A stretch of 64,000 bases of DNA from the human T2T-CHM13v2.0 reference genome, Homo sapiens, in the NCBI RefSeq assembly GCF_009914755.1, contig NC_060928.1; one strand, given 5' to 3'. Of this stretch, positions 25,363 through 41,399 are shown piece by piece. Both the position numbers and the translations under genes were made by a program. The notes below the pieces were generated by a model, which did no database searches, was not told the DNA's origin, and saw nothing but the letters and a program-made list of their open reading frames with translations. Within the stretch, counting starts at the first letter, position 1. The number at the start of each line of letters is the position of its first letter.

Positions 25363-28319
25363 TGCATTCGTGATGTATTTAAAACTAGCAGCTATTAGCC
25401 AACACAGATAACTACTCACGACATGTTCAAGTAGTTCTTAAGAATAAAGAAAAATTTATTTGAATAATTATTATTGTGAATTTTGTAAACATTCTAAATC
25501 TCATCAATATGATCTAACCTTATTTGGAAATAAAAATTAGGAAATAAAAACTTGGGTTTTATTTTTATATATAGATCTAAAATTTGAATATTTTTCTGTG
25601 CTGATTAAGTAGAATTTATCCTGGTCATTTAGATTCTGAACTTTTATTTTAATCAAAAATATTTGCTTGCCTGGATTATTGAGATAACTGCCATAATCCT
25701 CCATTTCTTGTGGTTTATTTCAATTACTGATCTTACTCAGTTTTCTGATTGTATTTGTCAGACAACAAATCCCCTCACCCAAAAGACTCATTTTAGTGAC
25801 AGTAATCAGATTGTGATGTGGCCTGAAAACAACGCTGTCCCTCCTTCATGAACCAATGGCCCTGTGGGAGATCGAGAGCAACTCTGGACCAACTTTGCTT
25901 GGTCGGTCTGGTTGCCATGTTTACTCAGTGCCCAGGAGCCTGGTCTCTTTTGATGCAAAATAATGATGATGATGAAAGTGTCTCATATAAATTCAGTACT
26001 TTTTTATTCCTTTAAAATACATTTTCATATTTGGTATAATAAATATAAAAAGTGACTGAGTTTTTTCTTCCTTTTTTAGTTTTTGATTTAACTATGAAGA
26101 ATTTCTATCATTAGGAAATACAAAACACACGTAGAAATGTGAGGAAGAGACTACTTTTTGAGCCCATTTGCTGAGCAGTGTGCTAAATGTCAAGCTAATT
26201 TAGTTTAATTTATTTCTTATCTTTTTAGGATCTTTAATGACTTCATCTTTATGGTGTTCTTCCTCTTTCCTCCGTATATGTCAGGCATGAATATATACAT
26301 TTATTCACTGAGTGTCTATTTTGTGCCATATATTATTTTAGATGCAAGTATTTTTATAAAGATTGCCTAAACAATCAGATTTATTAATTTTTTATTCGTG
26401 TTATTTTTTAATGTTAAACTACTATTTTTTAAAATTTGTTCAAGAATAAATTTTATTCATTCAAGAATCTCAAATGCCTTTTTCAACATTTTTGCTGCTG
26501 TGCTGTTACAATTGAAAAAGCTTAGTAAGGCAGAAGAAAATACAGTAGTATCAAATTACTTTAAAAAAAAAGTGAAAAAAAATCCACTCAAAGAAAATTC
26601 AAGGGAAAATCCCAGGAAAATTGACCTGAATGAAAACTATGAAAATAGCAGGATTATTAAAAAATGTAATTAGCCTAAATTACGTTAAATCACACATTTT
26701 TCTGGATTACCAAAAGACTCCTAATAATTAATAGATAGTTATTAACCATCTACTTGTACAAAGAGCTATTGACCTATTAAGAAATAAGGTGAAAAAAATG
26801 ATGGATGTAGACAACTAATTTGGAATAGATTTGGAGCAATGAAAGGAAAGTGAGAGAATAGACAGTAGTTGGAGGGACAGAAAAGTCAAGGACTAGTCGT
26901 TAAGGGGAAGTCTTGCATACAATTGAAGTCAGAGGAAAGAGGAAGAACACCATAAAGTTGAAGACATTAAAGATCCTAAAAAGATAAGAATTAAATTACA
27001 TTAAATTAGCTTCTACAAGTACGGGAAGAACATAGCGTAGATGGGGGTATATTTTTCCTTTCCAGGATAGAGTATTTATTTGACCTGAAAAATACGTGGG
27101 TTAAATGCTTTAGATAAACGAAAGGTACCAATGCTGTCAGCTTAGTATTTGGAAGGCATTACTCACATCTGAACTGGATAGGAAGTTCCAAATAGCATAC
27201 TTTTGTCCTAAGTGAACTATCGGATTTGTGGTTGTTGTTTAGAGAACCTGGCAACCCACGTAATTTGTTCATTTGGGACATGTGCCGGTGTTGTCTGGAA
27301 TTCTAACTGAAAACACTTTTAGGACCTAAGAGAGAGAATGAAGGACAATGAAAATTGTGTGAAGGTTATGTCTTTTAAAAGTGGCCTAAAAGTCTTACTG
27401 ACCTCCATCTAAACAATTTCAGGTGTCTAAATTCTTGAAGGAGTGCATTAACTTTAGGGCTATTCAGTGCAAAGGCTTACATAAGACTAAATTCCATTAA
27501 AATATTTTTTGAAAGCAAAATCAACATTGTTTACAGTGGATTTGCTGGGTGATGTATTCAAACGCAAGGCTCTGTCAAGTGTTTTTGCTACCATATGTAC
27601 ACCTATTAATGAACTCCTTGTAAATGTCTCCAGTATTCCCTTGGGTTTGCTAAAGTTTGCTGTTGAAGCATCACTTTTGTCACAAATCCTATTTCTCTCC
27701 ATTTTTAATATGGAGGTTCTAGAGACCTAATAAATAGCCTCCCTTCTCTCTCATTCAAGTTTATAACCATTTCAGAGACAGATATGGGAATTAGGCAAAT
27801 AGGAATGAATGTATCAATTTTATTACTGATGAAGCTGGTACAGAAGGTCATAGCTTCTTGTGAGAGCCAGATGGCACTTGCTAATAGTTCCTTTCCAGAT
27901 TAGACCAAGTTATCCACCCAGTTCCAGGCAGTGCTGAACAATGATAGGCCTCTTCTCCATGAAGAAGCTGAGCCATAGATATGGATCATGAATAAGAACA
28001 GAACATATACTCTCTTCAGGCAGGTAGACTTCAAGACAGAGAGGCAGGTCATGGGCTAAGCTTGCTCGGTTTCCTTTCTCAGACTCATCAACATAAATCA
28101 TGTTGTCACCAAGGGAAGGGGTTAGTAAGGCCAGGAATGTTACTTTAATTGAATATTTTTCTCCTAAACCTGGCTGATGTGGGGAATATGCACTCACCCT
28201 GACATCACAGGTGTATACTGTAGTGTTTTATATTAAGAAGAAAACATTATTGAAACCAGTGCAACAACTTTGTAAAGATTCCTAGGGAACAAATCTGACT
28301 AGGGACCTAATAACTTAGC

Positions 28320-28623
28320 TTTGTTTTTGTTTTTTTTTCTTAAGACAGAACCTCACTCTGTTGCCCAGGCTGGAGTGCAGTGGCACAATCAACACTCACT
28401 GCAACCTCAAACTCCTGGGCTCAAGTGATTCTCCCGCCTCAGCCTCCTGAGTAGCTGGGATCGCAGGCACGTGCCGTCACACCTGACTAGTTTTTTAATT
28501 TTTTATAGATAGAGGATCTCACTATGATGCCTGGCCTGATCTTGAACTCCTGGCCTCAAGCACACTTCCTGCCTTGGCCTCCTAAAATGTTGGGATTACA
28601 GGCATGGGCCACTGTACCCAGTC
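28320..28623 (-). mobile_element. AluJ
   Basis: Alu antisense with ctcctgggctcaag and ctcctggcctcaag. Confidence 0.92.
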
Positions 28624-28880
28624 AATTTCCATTTTTTTTTAAAAGCCATCTTCTTTCCATTACTTTCTGTTTCATGGAAAAGTGTTGAGGATTTCTACAA
28701 AGCAGTTAAGTGATATAAAGAAAACATCAAACACAATGGTTTAATATGTTGTTCCTAGCATTTTGACCAAGTTCCCTTCAATTTACCACAGTGACCGATT
28801 TTATATACCAAAAATACATTTGTCATAAGTCTAGGGATGCTAACCTTCTTCAGATCATGTCATACTTTCTATGGTTAGGA

Positions 28881-29245
28881 TAAAACTTACAGCTGATAAA
28901 CTTGTGTTTTGAAATCAACTAAAATTCAGCTGCCCTGCTGATGTTATGAAGAGAATTTATTGTCAATTTTGAGGCATAAAAGCATGATTTTTAAAAAATA
29001 TCTCCACATTGTTCAAAGGTATGCACATACACATAAAATGTTCTTTTAAAACTACATCTTTTAAAACTTACAGCTGATAAACTTGTGTTTTGAAATCAAC
29101 TAAAATTCAGCTGCCCTGCTGATGTTATGACCAGAATTTATTGTCAATTTTGAGGCATAAAAGCATGATATGTGTTTTTTTTTTAATATCTTCACATTGT
29201 TCAAAGGTATTTACACACACATAAATGTTCTTTTAAAACTACATC
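28881..29245. repeat. Local tandem duplication, 181-bp period
   Basis: taaaacttacagctgataaacttgtg...aaaactacatc at 28881-29058 and 29062-29245. Confidence 0.95.
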
Positions 29246-29409
29246 GGCAAGGGAGTGATAATTATGATTAGTATTGAAATAAATTTATTTTGTGTTTCCC
29301 ACTGAAAAGACTTTATTCTGTTGGGGTGCCTCCCACTGGAGTTACACAGCACCTGCCTGCTGGACTTGCAGGCTGGAATAATACACTGTCCTTGACTGAG
29401 TACTATAAT

Positions 29410-29685
29410 GCTGCAACGAATGGCATAGACATTGAAGCTGTAAGCTTGGGTCCAAACCCAACTTTGCTACTTATTTGCCATGCTTCCTTTGACCAGTTAC
29501 CTAATTTCTCTTTGCTTCAATTTCTTTATTTGCGAAATGGAAATGTAATAGTATTACCTTTTAAGGTGGTATCTAATAACAGGGTGGTATCTAATAACAA
29601 GATTATTATTAGATATCTTGTTAGTATCAGAAAACCCACTTATCAAGCACATAATAAATATTAGCTATTAAAATTATTGTTGTCC
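29410..29685 (+). mobile_element. MIR SINE (rearranged 3' half)
   Basis: gttacctaatttctctttgcttcaatttctttatttgcgaaatgg core. Confidence 0.7.
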
Positions 29686-29694
29686 CATTGATAG

Positions 29695-29845
29695 CCAGGT
29701 ACATTTCTCTTCTTACAAGGCTACCAGTCCTATTAGATTAGGACATCATTTACCCCTAATTATCTCCTAAAGGTCCTGTTTCCAAATACAGTCTCATTGT
29801 CAATATGTGAGTTTTGGGGGTACATAAACATTCAGTTCATGACAC
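29695..29845 (-). mobile_element. MLT1 (MaLR) LTR 5' fragment
   Basis: tcttcttacaaggctaccagtcctattagattagg...tccaaatacagtc...cattcagttcatgaca. Confidence 0.7.
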
Positions 29846-30812
29846 AGTCTAATAATGATCACAGTTCATAACAACATATCTAACAATAAGATATATTGTT
29901 AGTATCAAAAAACCCATAACAACATATCTAATTATTATAAAAAACCCATTTAGCAAGTGCATAATAAATATTAGCTATTATAGTTATTCTTGTTTATAAT
30001 TATTGACAGGCAATTCCTAAGTCACTTTTACTTTTTTATACATATCTCGATCTTCTTCTGATTGGAACAGATACAGATGAAGGTCTTTTTAGCCATCTTG
30101 GCCTATTAGTTTTGTTTCTCCTTCATTTTCAATGGCTTTTTCTCATTTTCTATAAATGTAATTAAGGTCCTCCTATCCATTTCTAAAGCAAAGAAAGAAA
30201 CCTTTCTTTGGTTCTTTTTTCTCTAAGTATGAATCTGTCCTCCTCTTTTCTGCCAGCTTCAGTATTTGGACATTCTCCATTTCCTCTTTTTTTTTTCTTC
30301 CTAATCATTCCTCAGTTTCTAATTAACTTTATTCTCATAAATACTCATTGAACATACACGTGTGCTGGGCACTGTGCTTGGAATGAGGATATGGTGGTGA
30401 ATAAAATACATCCAGACTCTGCCTGCATAAAAATTCTTGTCCTTATTATTCTGCTGAAACTTCTCTCCATAAAAGTTATGAAAGATCTCCTAATTAAATA
30501 AGTTAATGACTTATTCTTTGTCTGTGTTTTATGTAACATCTCTAGGGCATTCAAGATGATAACATTCCTGAAACTGTGCTCCCACTGGCCTTCATTCTAG
30601 CTCTCTCTCTGGGTCTTTTTCTACCTCCCAGGACCTACAAGTTCGTTTTTTTAGGTTTCTGTTTCTAATCATATTTTAAGTATTCCCTAGAGTTTCATTT
30701 TAGGTTCTTGCTCCTAGGGATCTCAAGGTAGCATTTTCAGTTGTTTACAAAATATTCTAAACTATTAAATTCCAAAGATAGCTCAAAGTCATCATATTCA
30801 AACTTGCTCAGC

Positions 30813-30813
30813 C

Positions 30814-30862
<49 letters not shown>

Positions 30863-30902
30863 TACACTCTCTCTCTCTCTGTCACGCACACTCTCTCTCT
30901 CT
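30813..30902. repeat. Compound (CT)n(CA)n(CT)n microsatellite
   Basis: Direct reading. Confidence 0.95.
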
Positions 30903-31270
30903 GATCTGCTCCTTCCTGGCATTTGCTACTTCACTTAAAAGCATCACCCCTGATCCCTCCATTTCCCAAACTTGAAACCTGAGAACCAGCCTCAGTGTCT
31001 CTCTCTTTCTTACAAACTGTGTGCAATTGATCTAGTCCCACTGACTCTACTTCCTTAATAGCTCCTTAATATCCATATTCCCACCCTATATGTATGCCTC
31101 TAAGGGGACCTTCCTCTCCCTAAACCTTTTCAGCCATGTCAAATCTATCTAACTGATAAACCTAGCTAAATAAAAGTGGAATCTAAATCTTTCACTACCT
31201 CACCCCCAGTTTACTCTTATAGCATCTACTTCCTTTCTCCCACCCCAGCTGCTCTGAACTCATTTAGTAC

Positions 31271-31627
31271 TCTTATGAACTGAAGGTTTATGGCACCACA
31301 AAACTCATTATGTTGACACCTTAACCCCCAGTGTGACTGTATTTGGAGACAGGACCTTTAGGAGATAATTAGGGGTAAGTGATGCCCTAATCTGATAGGA
31401 CTGATCACCTTGTAAGAAGAGGAAAAGAGAGAGAAATCTTTTTCTCTGTCTTCTATATGAGGACACTACTGTTTACAAGACAGAAAGAGAGATCTCATCA
31501 AGAACCAAATCAGTTGGCACCTTGATTAGGGACTTCTAGCCTCCAGGACTGTAAGTTAATACATTTTTGTTATTTAAGTCAATCAGCCTATGGTATTTTG
31601 TTATGGCAGCCTGAGAAGACTAATACA
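31271..31627 (+). mobile_element. MLT1A-like MaLR solo LTR
   Basis: cccagtgtgactgtatttggagacagg...ggtattttgttatggcagcc..gactaataca. Confidence 0.85.
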
Positions 31628-32107
31628 CGAGGTCCAAGTAAACTTCAGAGAAGTTCAAAGTTTCATTTCTGACCACTGGTTGTTATTTGACAATACCATG
31701 CCTCTGCAGTCTCTCTTTTCTTTTTCTAGAATTCTTTCTGCTTTCCTCATGTATAAAATTCTCCTTCTCTTCTAAGAGCAAGTTTAGTTATTTCCTCCTT
31801 CATCTTTTCTAAGTGTGTTCACTCATGGAAGCAGCATTAGTAACATTTACTTTTGGAACCTATGTATTTGTATTAAAGCAATGGCAACATTGCATTTTTA
31901 TATTTCTCTGCCTTACAAGTAAGCTGATTAAGCCAAGGGGAATTTTATTCTTCTTCATACTTCCAGGGCTAAGCAGACCGTTTCGCTATTTAGTAAATAC
32001 TGTTGAATGAACTAAAGGATTGATGAATGAATGAACAATATAAAGGCTGAATGCATTTCCCTAAAGCACTGATACTAAGTTGGAGAATGAACCAACATTC
32101 TTTAGAG

Positions 32108-32458
32108 CAGTGGTCCCCAACCTTTTTGGCACCAGGGAGGGGTTTTGTGGAAGACAATTTTTCTGCAACCTGTGGGGGGTTGCAGGGAGCGGAGTGGGAT
32201 GAAACTGTTCCACCTCAGATCATCAGGCATTGGTTAGATTCTCATAAGGAGCGTGCAACCTGGATCCCTCCCGCAGGTGCAGTTCACAATAGGGTTTGCA
32301 CTCCTACGAGAATCTAATGCCACAGCTGCTCTGACAGGAGGCAGAGCTCAGGCAGTAATGTTCACTTGCCCACCACACCCCTTCTGCTGTGCAGCCAGTC
32401 TCCTAACAATTCAAGGACCAGTACAGTCCACGTTGAACCTAGGGGTTGGGGACGCCTG
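32108..32458 (+). mobile_element. MER1B hAT-Charlie MITE
   Basis: TIRs cagtggtccccaacc / ggttggggacgcctg; 8-bp TSD ctttagag (32100-32107) and ccttagag (32459-32466). Confidence 0.92.
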
Positions 32459-33143
32459 CCTTAGAGTATATTCTCTTTCTGTGCTACCGATTTACTAATT
32501 TATTCAGTATTATTTATTAAATAGTTAATAGTTTGTACCATTAGCTTTATTCCACTCAGCAGGGAGAGGACTGGTGAGTTGAAAGAAAGGAAAAAAATTG
32601 GTTTCATAAATAGTTCAGTTTTTTTTGTTTTTTAAAAACATGTTTAGATCATGATGGAAGCAAAGTATAACTATTCATTCTAATAATAAGACCTTCCAAT
32701 AAACACTGAATGTGTCACTTTTATAGGCTTCAGAGAATAACAATGGGTTTATATAAACAGTTGAAAATTTTCCTCTTTGGTAGGCAAGATCTTCTATTAT
32801 CTTGTATAAAGAACTGTTTTAGCTATACAAATAAAATGAATTTAGAGTTTGAAAGGAAAATTTTTAGAGGCAACAATAGTCACCAGTAAGATTCTGAATA
32901 AATACAAAATATAGTCTTAATATTAACAGTGTTAGAATAATCCAGCCAATGTAATTTCATGTTTTTAATGGGCAATAAGGAAATAATAATATATCTTAGC
33001 ATTGGTTCCAAAATTTTAACCTGATGTAATTTGCACTTTCATTTTTAATATAATGTTGTGAATAGTAACTTCCATTATGACTGCCTCCCTTTGTTCTAAT
33101 GAAATTTGTGACCCAACAGTAGTACCTTAAAAATTAAACTTTT

Positions 33144-34179
33144 GGAGGGGAGGAGCCAAGATGGCCGAATAGGAACAGCTCCGGTCTACAGCTCCCAGCG
33201 TGAGCGACGCAGAAGACGGGTGATTTCTGCATTTCCATCTGAGGTACCCGGTTCATCTCACTAGGGAGTGCCAGACAGTGGGCACAGGTCAGTGGGTGCA
33301 CACACCGTGCGCGAGCCGAAGCAGGGCGAGGCATTGCCTCACTCGGGAAGTGCAAGGGGTCAGGGAGTTCCCTTTCTGAGTCAAAGAAAGGGGTCACAGA
33401 CGGCACCTGGAAAATCGGGTCACTCCCACCCAAATACTGCACTTTCCCGACGGCCTTAAAAAACGGTGCACCAGGAGATTATATCCTGCACCTGGCTCGG
33501 AGGGTCCTATGCCCACGGAGTCTCGCTGATTGCTAGCACAGCAGTCTGAGATCAAACTGCAAGGCGGCAGCAAGGCTGGGGGAGGGGCGCCCGCATTGCC
33601 CAGGCTTGCTTAGGTAAACAAAGCAGCGGGGAAGCTCAAACTGGGTGGAGCCCACCACAGCTCAAGGAGGCCTGCCTGCCTCTGTAGGCTCCACCTCTGG
33701 GGGCAGGGCACAGACAAACAAAAAGACAGCAGTAACCTCTGCAGACTTAAATGTCCCTGTCTGACAGCTTTGAAGAGAGCAGTGGTTCTCCCAGCACGCA
33801 GCTGGAGATCTGAGAACGGGCAGACTGCCTCCTCAAGTGGGTCTCTGACCCCTGACCCCCGAGCAGCCTAACTGGGAGGCACCCTCCAGCAGGGGCAGAC
33901 TGACACCTCACACAGCTGGGTACTCCTCTGAGACAAAACTTCCAGAGGAACGATCAGACAGCAGCATTCGCAGTTCACGAAAAACTGCTTTTCTGCAGAC
34001 ACCACTGCCGATACCCAGGCAAACAGGGTCTGGAGTGGACCTCTAGCAAACTCCAACAGACCTGCAGCTGAGGGTCCTGTCTGTTAGAAAGAAAATTAAC
34101 GAACAGAAAGTACATCCACACCAAAAACCCGTCTGTACATCACCATCATCAAAGACCAAAAGCAGATAAAACCACAAAG
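33144..34179 (+). promoter_or_regulatory. L1 5'UTR internal promoter (YY1 site 33158-33166; antisense promoter region)
   Basis: aagatggcc YY1 motif; CpG-rich 5'UTR; established L1 promoter architecture. Confidence 0.8.
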
Positions 34180-35053
34180 ATGATCAAACTACTCTGAGCT
34201 ACAGGAGGAAATTCAAACCAAGGGCAAAGAAGTTGAAAACTTTGAAAAAAATTTAGAAGAATGTATAACTAGAATAACCAATACAGAGAAGTGCTTAAAG
34301 GAGCTGATGGAGCTGAAAGCCAAGGCTCGAGAACTACATGAAGAATGCAGAAGCCTCAGGAGCCGACGTGATCAACTGGAAGAAAGGGTATCAGCGATGG
34401 AAGATGAAATGAATGAAATGAAGCGAGAAGGGAAGTTTAGAGAAAAAAGAATAAAAAGAAATGAACAAAGCCTCCAAGAAATATGGGACTATGTGAAAAG
34501 ACCAAATCTACGTCTGATTGGTGTACCTGAAAGTGACGGGGAGAATGGAACCAAGGTGGAAAACACTCTGCAGGATATTATCCAGGAGAACTTCCCCAAT
34601 CTAGCAAGGCAGGCCAACATTCAGATTCAGGAAATACAGAGAACGCCACAAAGATACTCCTTGAGAAGAGCAACTCCAAGACACATAATTGTCAGATTCA
34701 CCAAAGTTGAAATGAATGAAAAAATGTTAAGGGCAGCCAGAGAGAAAGGTCGGGTTACCCACAAAGGGAAGCCCATCAGACTAACAGCGGATCTCTCGGC
34801 AGAAACCCTACAAGCCAGAAGAGAGTGGGGGCCAATATTCAACATTCTTAAAGAAAAGAATTTTCAACCCAGAATTGCATATCCAGCCAAACTAAGCTTC
34901 ATAAGTGAAGGAGAAATAAAATACTTTACAGAGAAGCAAATGCTGAGCGATTTTGTCACCACCAGGCCTGCCCTAAAAGAGCTCCTGAAGGAAGCGCTAA
35001 ACATGGAAAGGAACAACCGGTACCAGCCACTGCAAAATCATGCCAAAATGTAA
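34180..35053 (+). pseudogene. L1 ORF1p remnant, N-terminal deletion/frameshift
   Basis: ATG 34180 reads MIKLL-stop; ORF 34307-35053 is ORF1p coiled-coil/RRM/CTD (MELKAKARE...QNHAKM). Confidence 0.93.
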
Positions 35054-35101
35054 AGACCATCGAGACTAGGAAGAAACTGCATCAACTAACGAGCAAAATA
35101 A

Positions 35102-38935
<3,834 letters not shown>

Positions 38936-39439
38936 ACAATGAGAACACATGGACACAGGAAGGGGAACATCACACTCTGGGGACTGTTGTGGGGTGGGTG
39001 GGGGGAGTGGGGAGGGATAGCATTGAGAGATATACCTAATGCTAGATGACAAGTTAGTGCGTGCAGTGCACCAGCATGGCACATGTATTCATACGTAACC
39101 TGCACATTGTGCACATGTACCCTAAAACTTAAAGTATAATAATAATAAATTTAAAAAAATTAAACTTTTTAGTGTTACTATTTGCATCAGTTTATCAAAG
39201 TTTGCTATTTAGTTGTTAGGGTTTTAAAAAGTAACATCTGAGGAAGCTTTAGCAATTTAGTGTAGACACTGTATTGCACAGAAGAAGGGCCTGTGTTCCC
39301 GGGAAATGTTTATGTACCTGAGGTTACATATGTCATTCACGATACAGAACATAGAAAGATCTTCAACCTTTCAGCACTATTGTGTAGGAAGGCTCTGCTA
39401 ACACTCAATTAAAACAATTTTCATGGTGAATAAGAATCA

Positions 39440-39720
39440 AGGTATAATAATGAAAAGGATGCAGAATATGATTTTATCAGTCCTGGATTTGAGAGCAGCC
39501 TGTGTGCCTTCCTTGCAGACTCCAAGGCCTGAGTAAGTGACTCATTGTATCTTCTGCAGCATCACTTGTGAAGTAGTAACAGTAACTCCCATCTCACTGT
39601 AATATTTTGAGGTCAATAAGGGCATGCATTCTGTTCACCATTGTATTGCCAGAGCTTAGCACGGTGCCTGGCACACAGGACATCCCCCAAAACTATCAGT
39701 TGAGTGAATAAAGAATGAAA
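39440..39720 (+). mobile_element. MIR fragment followed by L2 tail
   Basis: tcctggatttgag..; ctgttcaccattgtattgccagagcttagcacggtgcctggcacac. Confidence 0.6.
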
Positions 39721-39867
39721 AAATGTGTGAATTAAGAAAAGAGTTTGGAGGTAGAGTGTTCAGGATCCACTTTATGTAGTTGTTTAAGCTGGAACAGGTG
39801 TTGATTTGAATCATTAATTTTATAATACATCTCATATTAATAATGTGTATTATTTATTATTTAGTCT

Positions 39868-41300
39868 GCTGTAACTGACTTATTAAAGCTATGGACTTGC
39901 CCAGTTGCAGTAGGAAGTCTCTTCAGCCTTTCTCACCATCCCTCGTTAACTCACTTTCTCAGTCAGGATATATTTTCCCACTTCTGGATTCATCCCTAGG
40001 CTGTCACTCTATAGTTTCCCACTGCTTTGTATTGGTAGTTATAGAAGTCTGACCAACTCTGGTATCACAGCTTGAATCTTCACCAAATTTAAAGCTCCTC
40101 CATCCCCTAGACCAGGTCTACTTCAGACGTGGCAAGCTGTAATGAGAAAGGATGCAGTGGTTGATGCCTCTGTTTTTCTCTCCACTTATTTAGTACTCTG
40201 CTACTTTCACTTTCACTGATCCCCAAGGTAGGTAACTTAGGGGAGGAAAGAGAGTTAAGAGGACAGAAAGATTTTCATTCAGCTTTTACAGTTATAATCT
40301 GGAATTGGTATTCCCTGAGTACGGCAGATGGTGAGCTTACATTTTCTCTTGTGGGATTCTTATATGGATTACTAGAAAATTCTGTGCTGCTGGAGTGCCA
40401 CAAAGTCAATTTTCCTGATGCTCATAACTAACTTCCTGCTCCCCTCCCAGTCCTGCTGCTATGGTCCCATTATCTATCTAGAACGATCCTCTTGGGTGGA
40501 ATCCCTGTTAAGACAAACCCCAAAGAGCTCACTTCCATGGAGCTTGCCTCTGGCCCATGAGTATATTAGTTTGTGAGGGCTGCCATGACAAAACATCACA
40601 GAATATAAATTTAACAACAGAAATCTATATCCTCACAGTTTTGGAGGCCAGAAGTGTGAGACTGAAGTGTCAGCAGGTTTTTTGTTTCTTTTTTTTTAAT
40701 TTATTTTTTTCCTGAGTCCTCTGTCCTTGTCTTGTAAATGGCAGTGTTCTCTCACTGTCTTCACGTGATTTTCCCTGTGGGTGTGTCTGTGTTCAAATTT
40801 CCTCTTACAAGGACATCAGTCATATTGGGTTAGGATCTACCCTAATGACCTAACGTTATCTCTTTTAAGGTCCTATCTCCAAGTAGAGTAACATTCTCAG
40901 GTACTGGGGGTTAGGACGTCAACATATAAACTTTGAGGGGATGCAATTCAGAACATACAAGAAATACACATATTCAAGCCTGGCCAACCAAATTCTGCAA
41001 GTTCAGGCAATCACCAACAAAGCCTTTTCTCTTGTAGTTTGGCCACCAGTCAGCTCCATCTGATTGGACTCATCTGCAAGTCAGACACCAGTTCCTATGT
41101 CCTTCAAATTCCAGAGGACACATGCCAAGTTTTCCCAGTGGTTCTCTTGTTTTGAAGAGTGTGTAGAGGAATCTTCAACTCAGTCATTGAAAATTCCCTC
41201 TTCAAAGAAACCCCTTTATAGGCATCTTCCATCTCTTCTTTTACATGTCTGATGGCAAGGGTGGTGATTGATTAATGACAGCAGGATCACAAGGACATGG
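39868..41300. mobile_element. Old LTR-like element (family uncertain) interrupted by MLT1
   Basis: LTR-like composition; gtcagacaccagttcctatgtccttcaaattcc resembles recalled old ERV1 LTRs. Confidence 0.3.
40562..40959 (-). mobile_element. MLT1A/B-like MaLR solo LTR
   Basis: tattagttt..gggctgccatgacaaa...ctcacagttttggaggccagaag...aggtactgggggttaggac. Confidence 0.85.
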
Positions 41301-41399
41301 GTGGTCCAATGCTTTGACTCCTATCATATTGTTCCTGGTTTGGGGAGCTTTTCTGGAAGCTCTTCTGCTATTATAAGTAATACTTTAATGAGTGTACAG

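Noticed and set aside
25960-26065. Possible C/D-box snoRNA (ATGATGA...CTGA)
   Set aside because: The C box lies in a (TGA)n run, the terminal stem is weak and the interior is low-complexity AT
33134-33442. 102-aa antisense ORF at the L1 5' end
   Set aside because: Generic frame of the L1 5'UTR antisense strand; not ORF0 and not locus-specific
38991-39016. G-quadruplex-forming G-tract
   Set aside because: Standard feature of L1PA 3'UTRs
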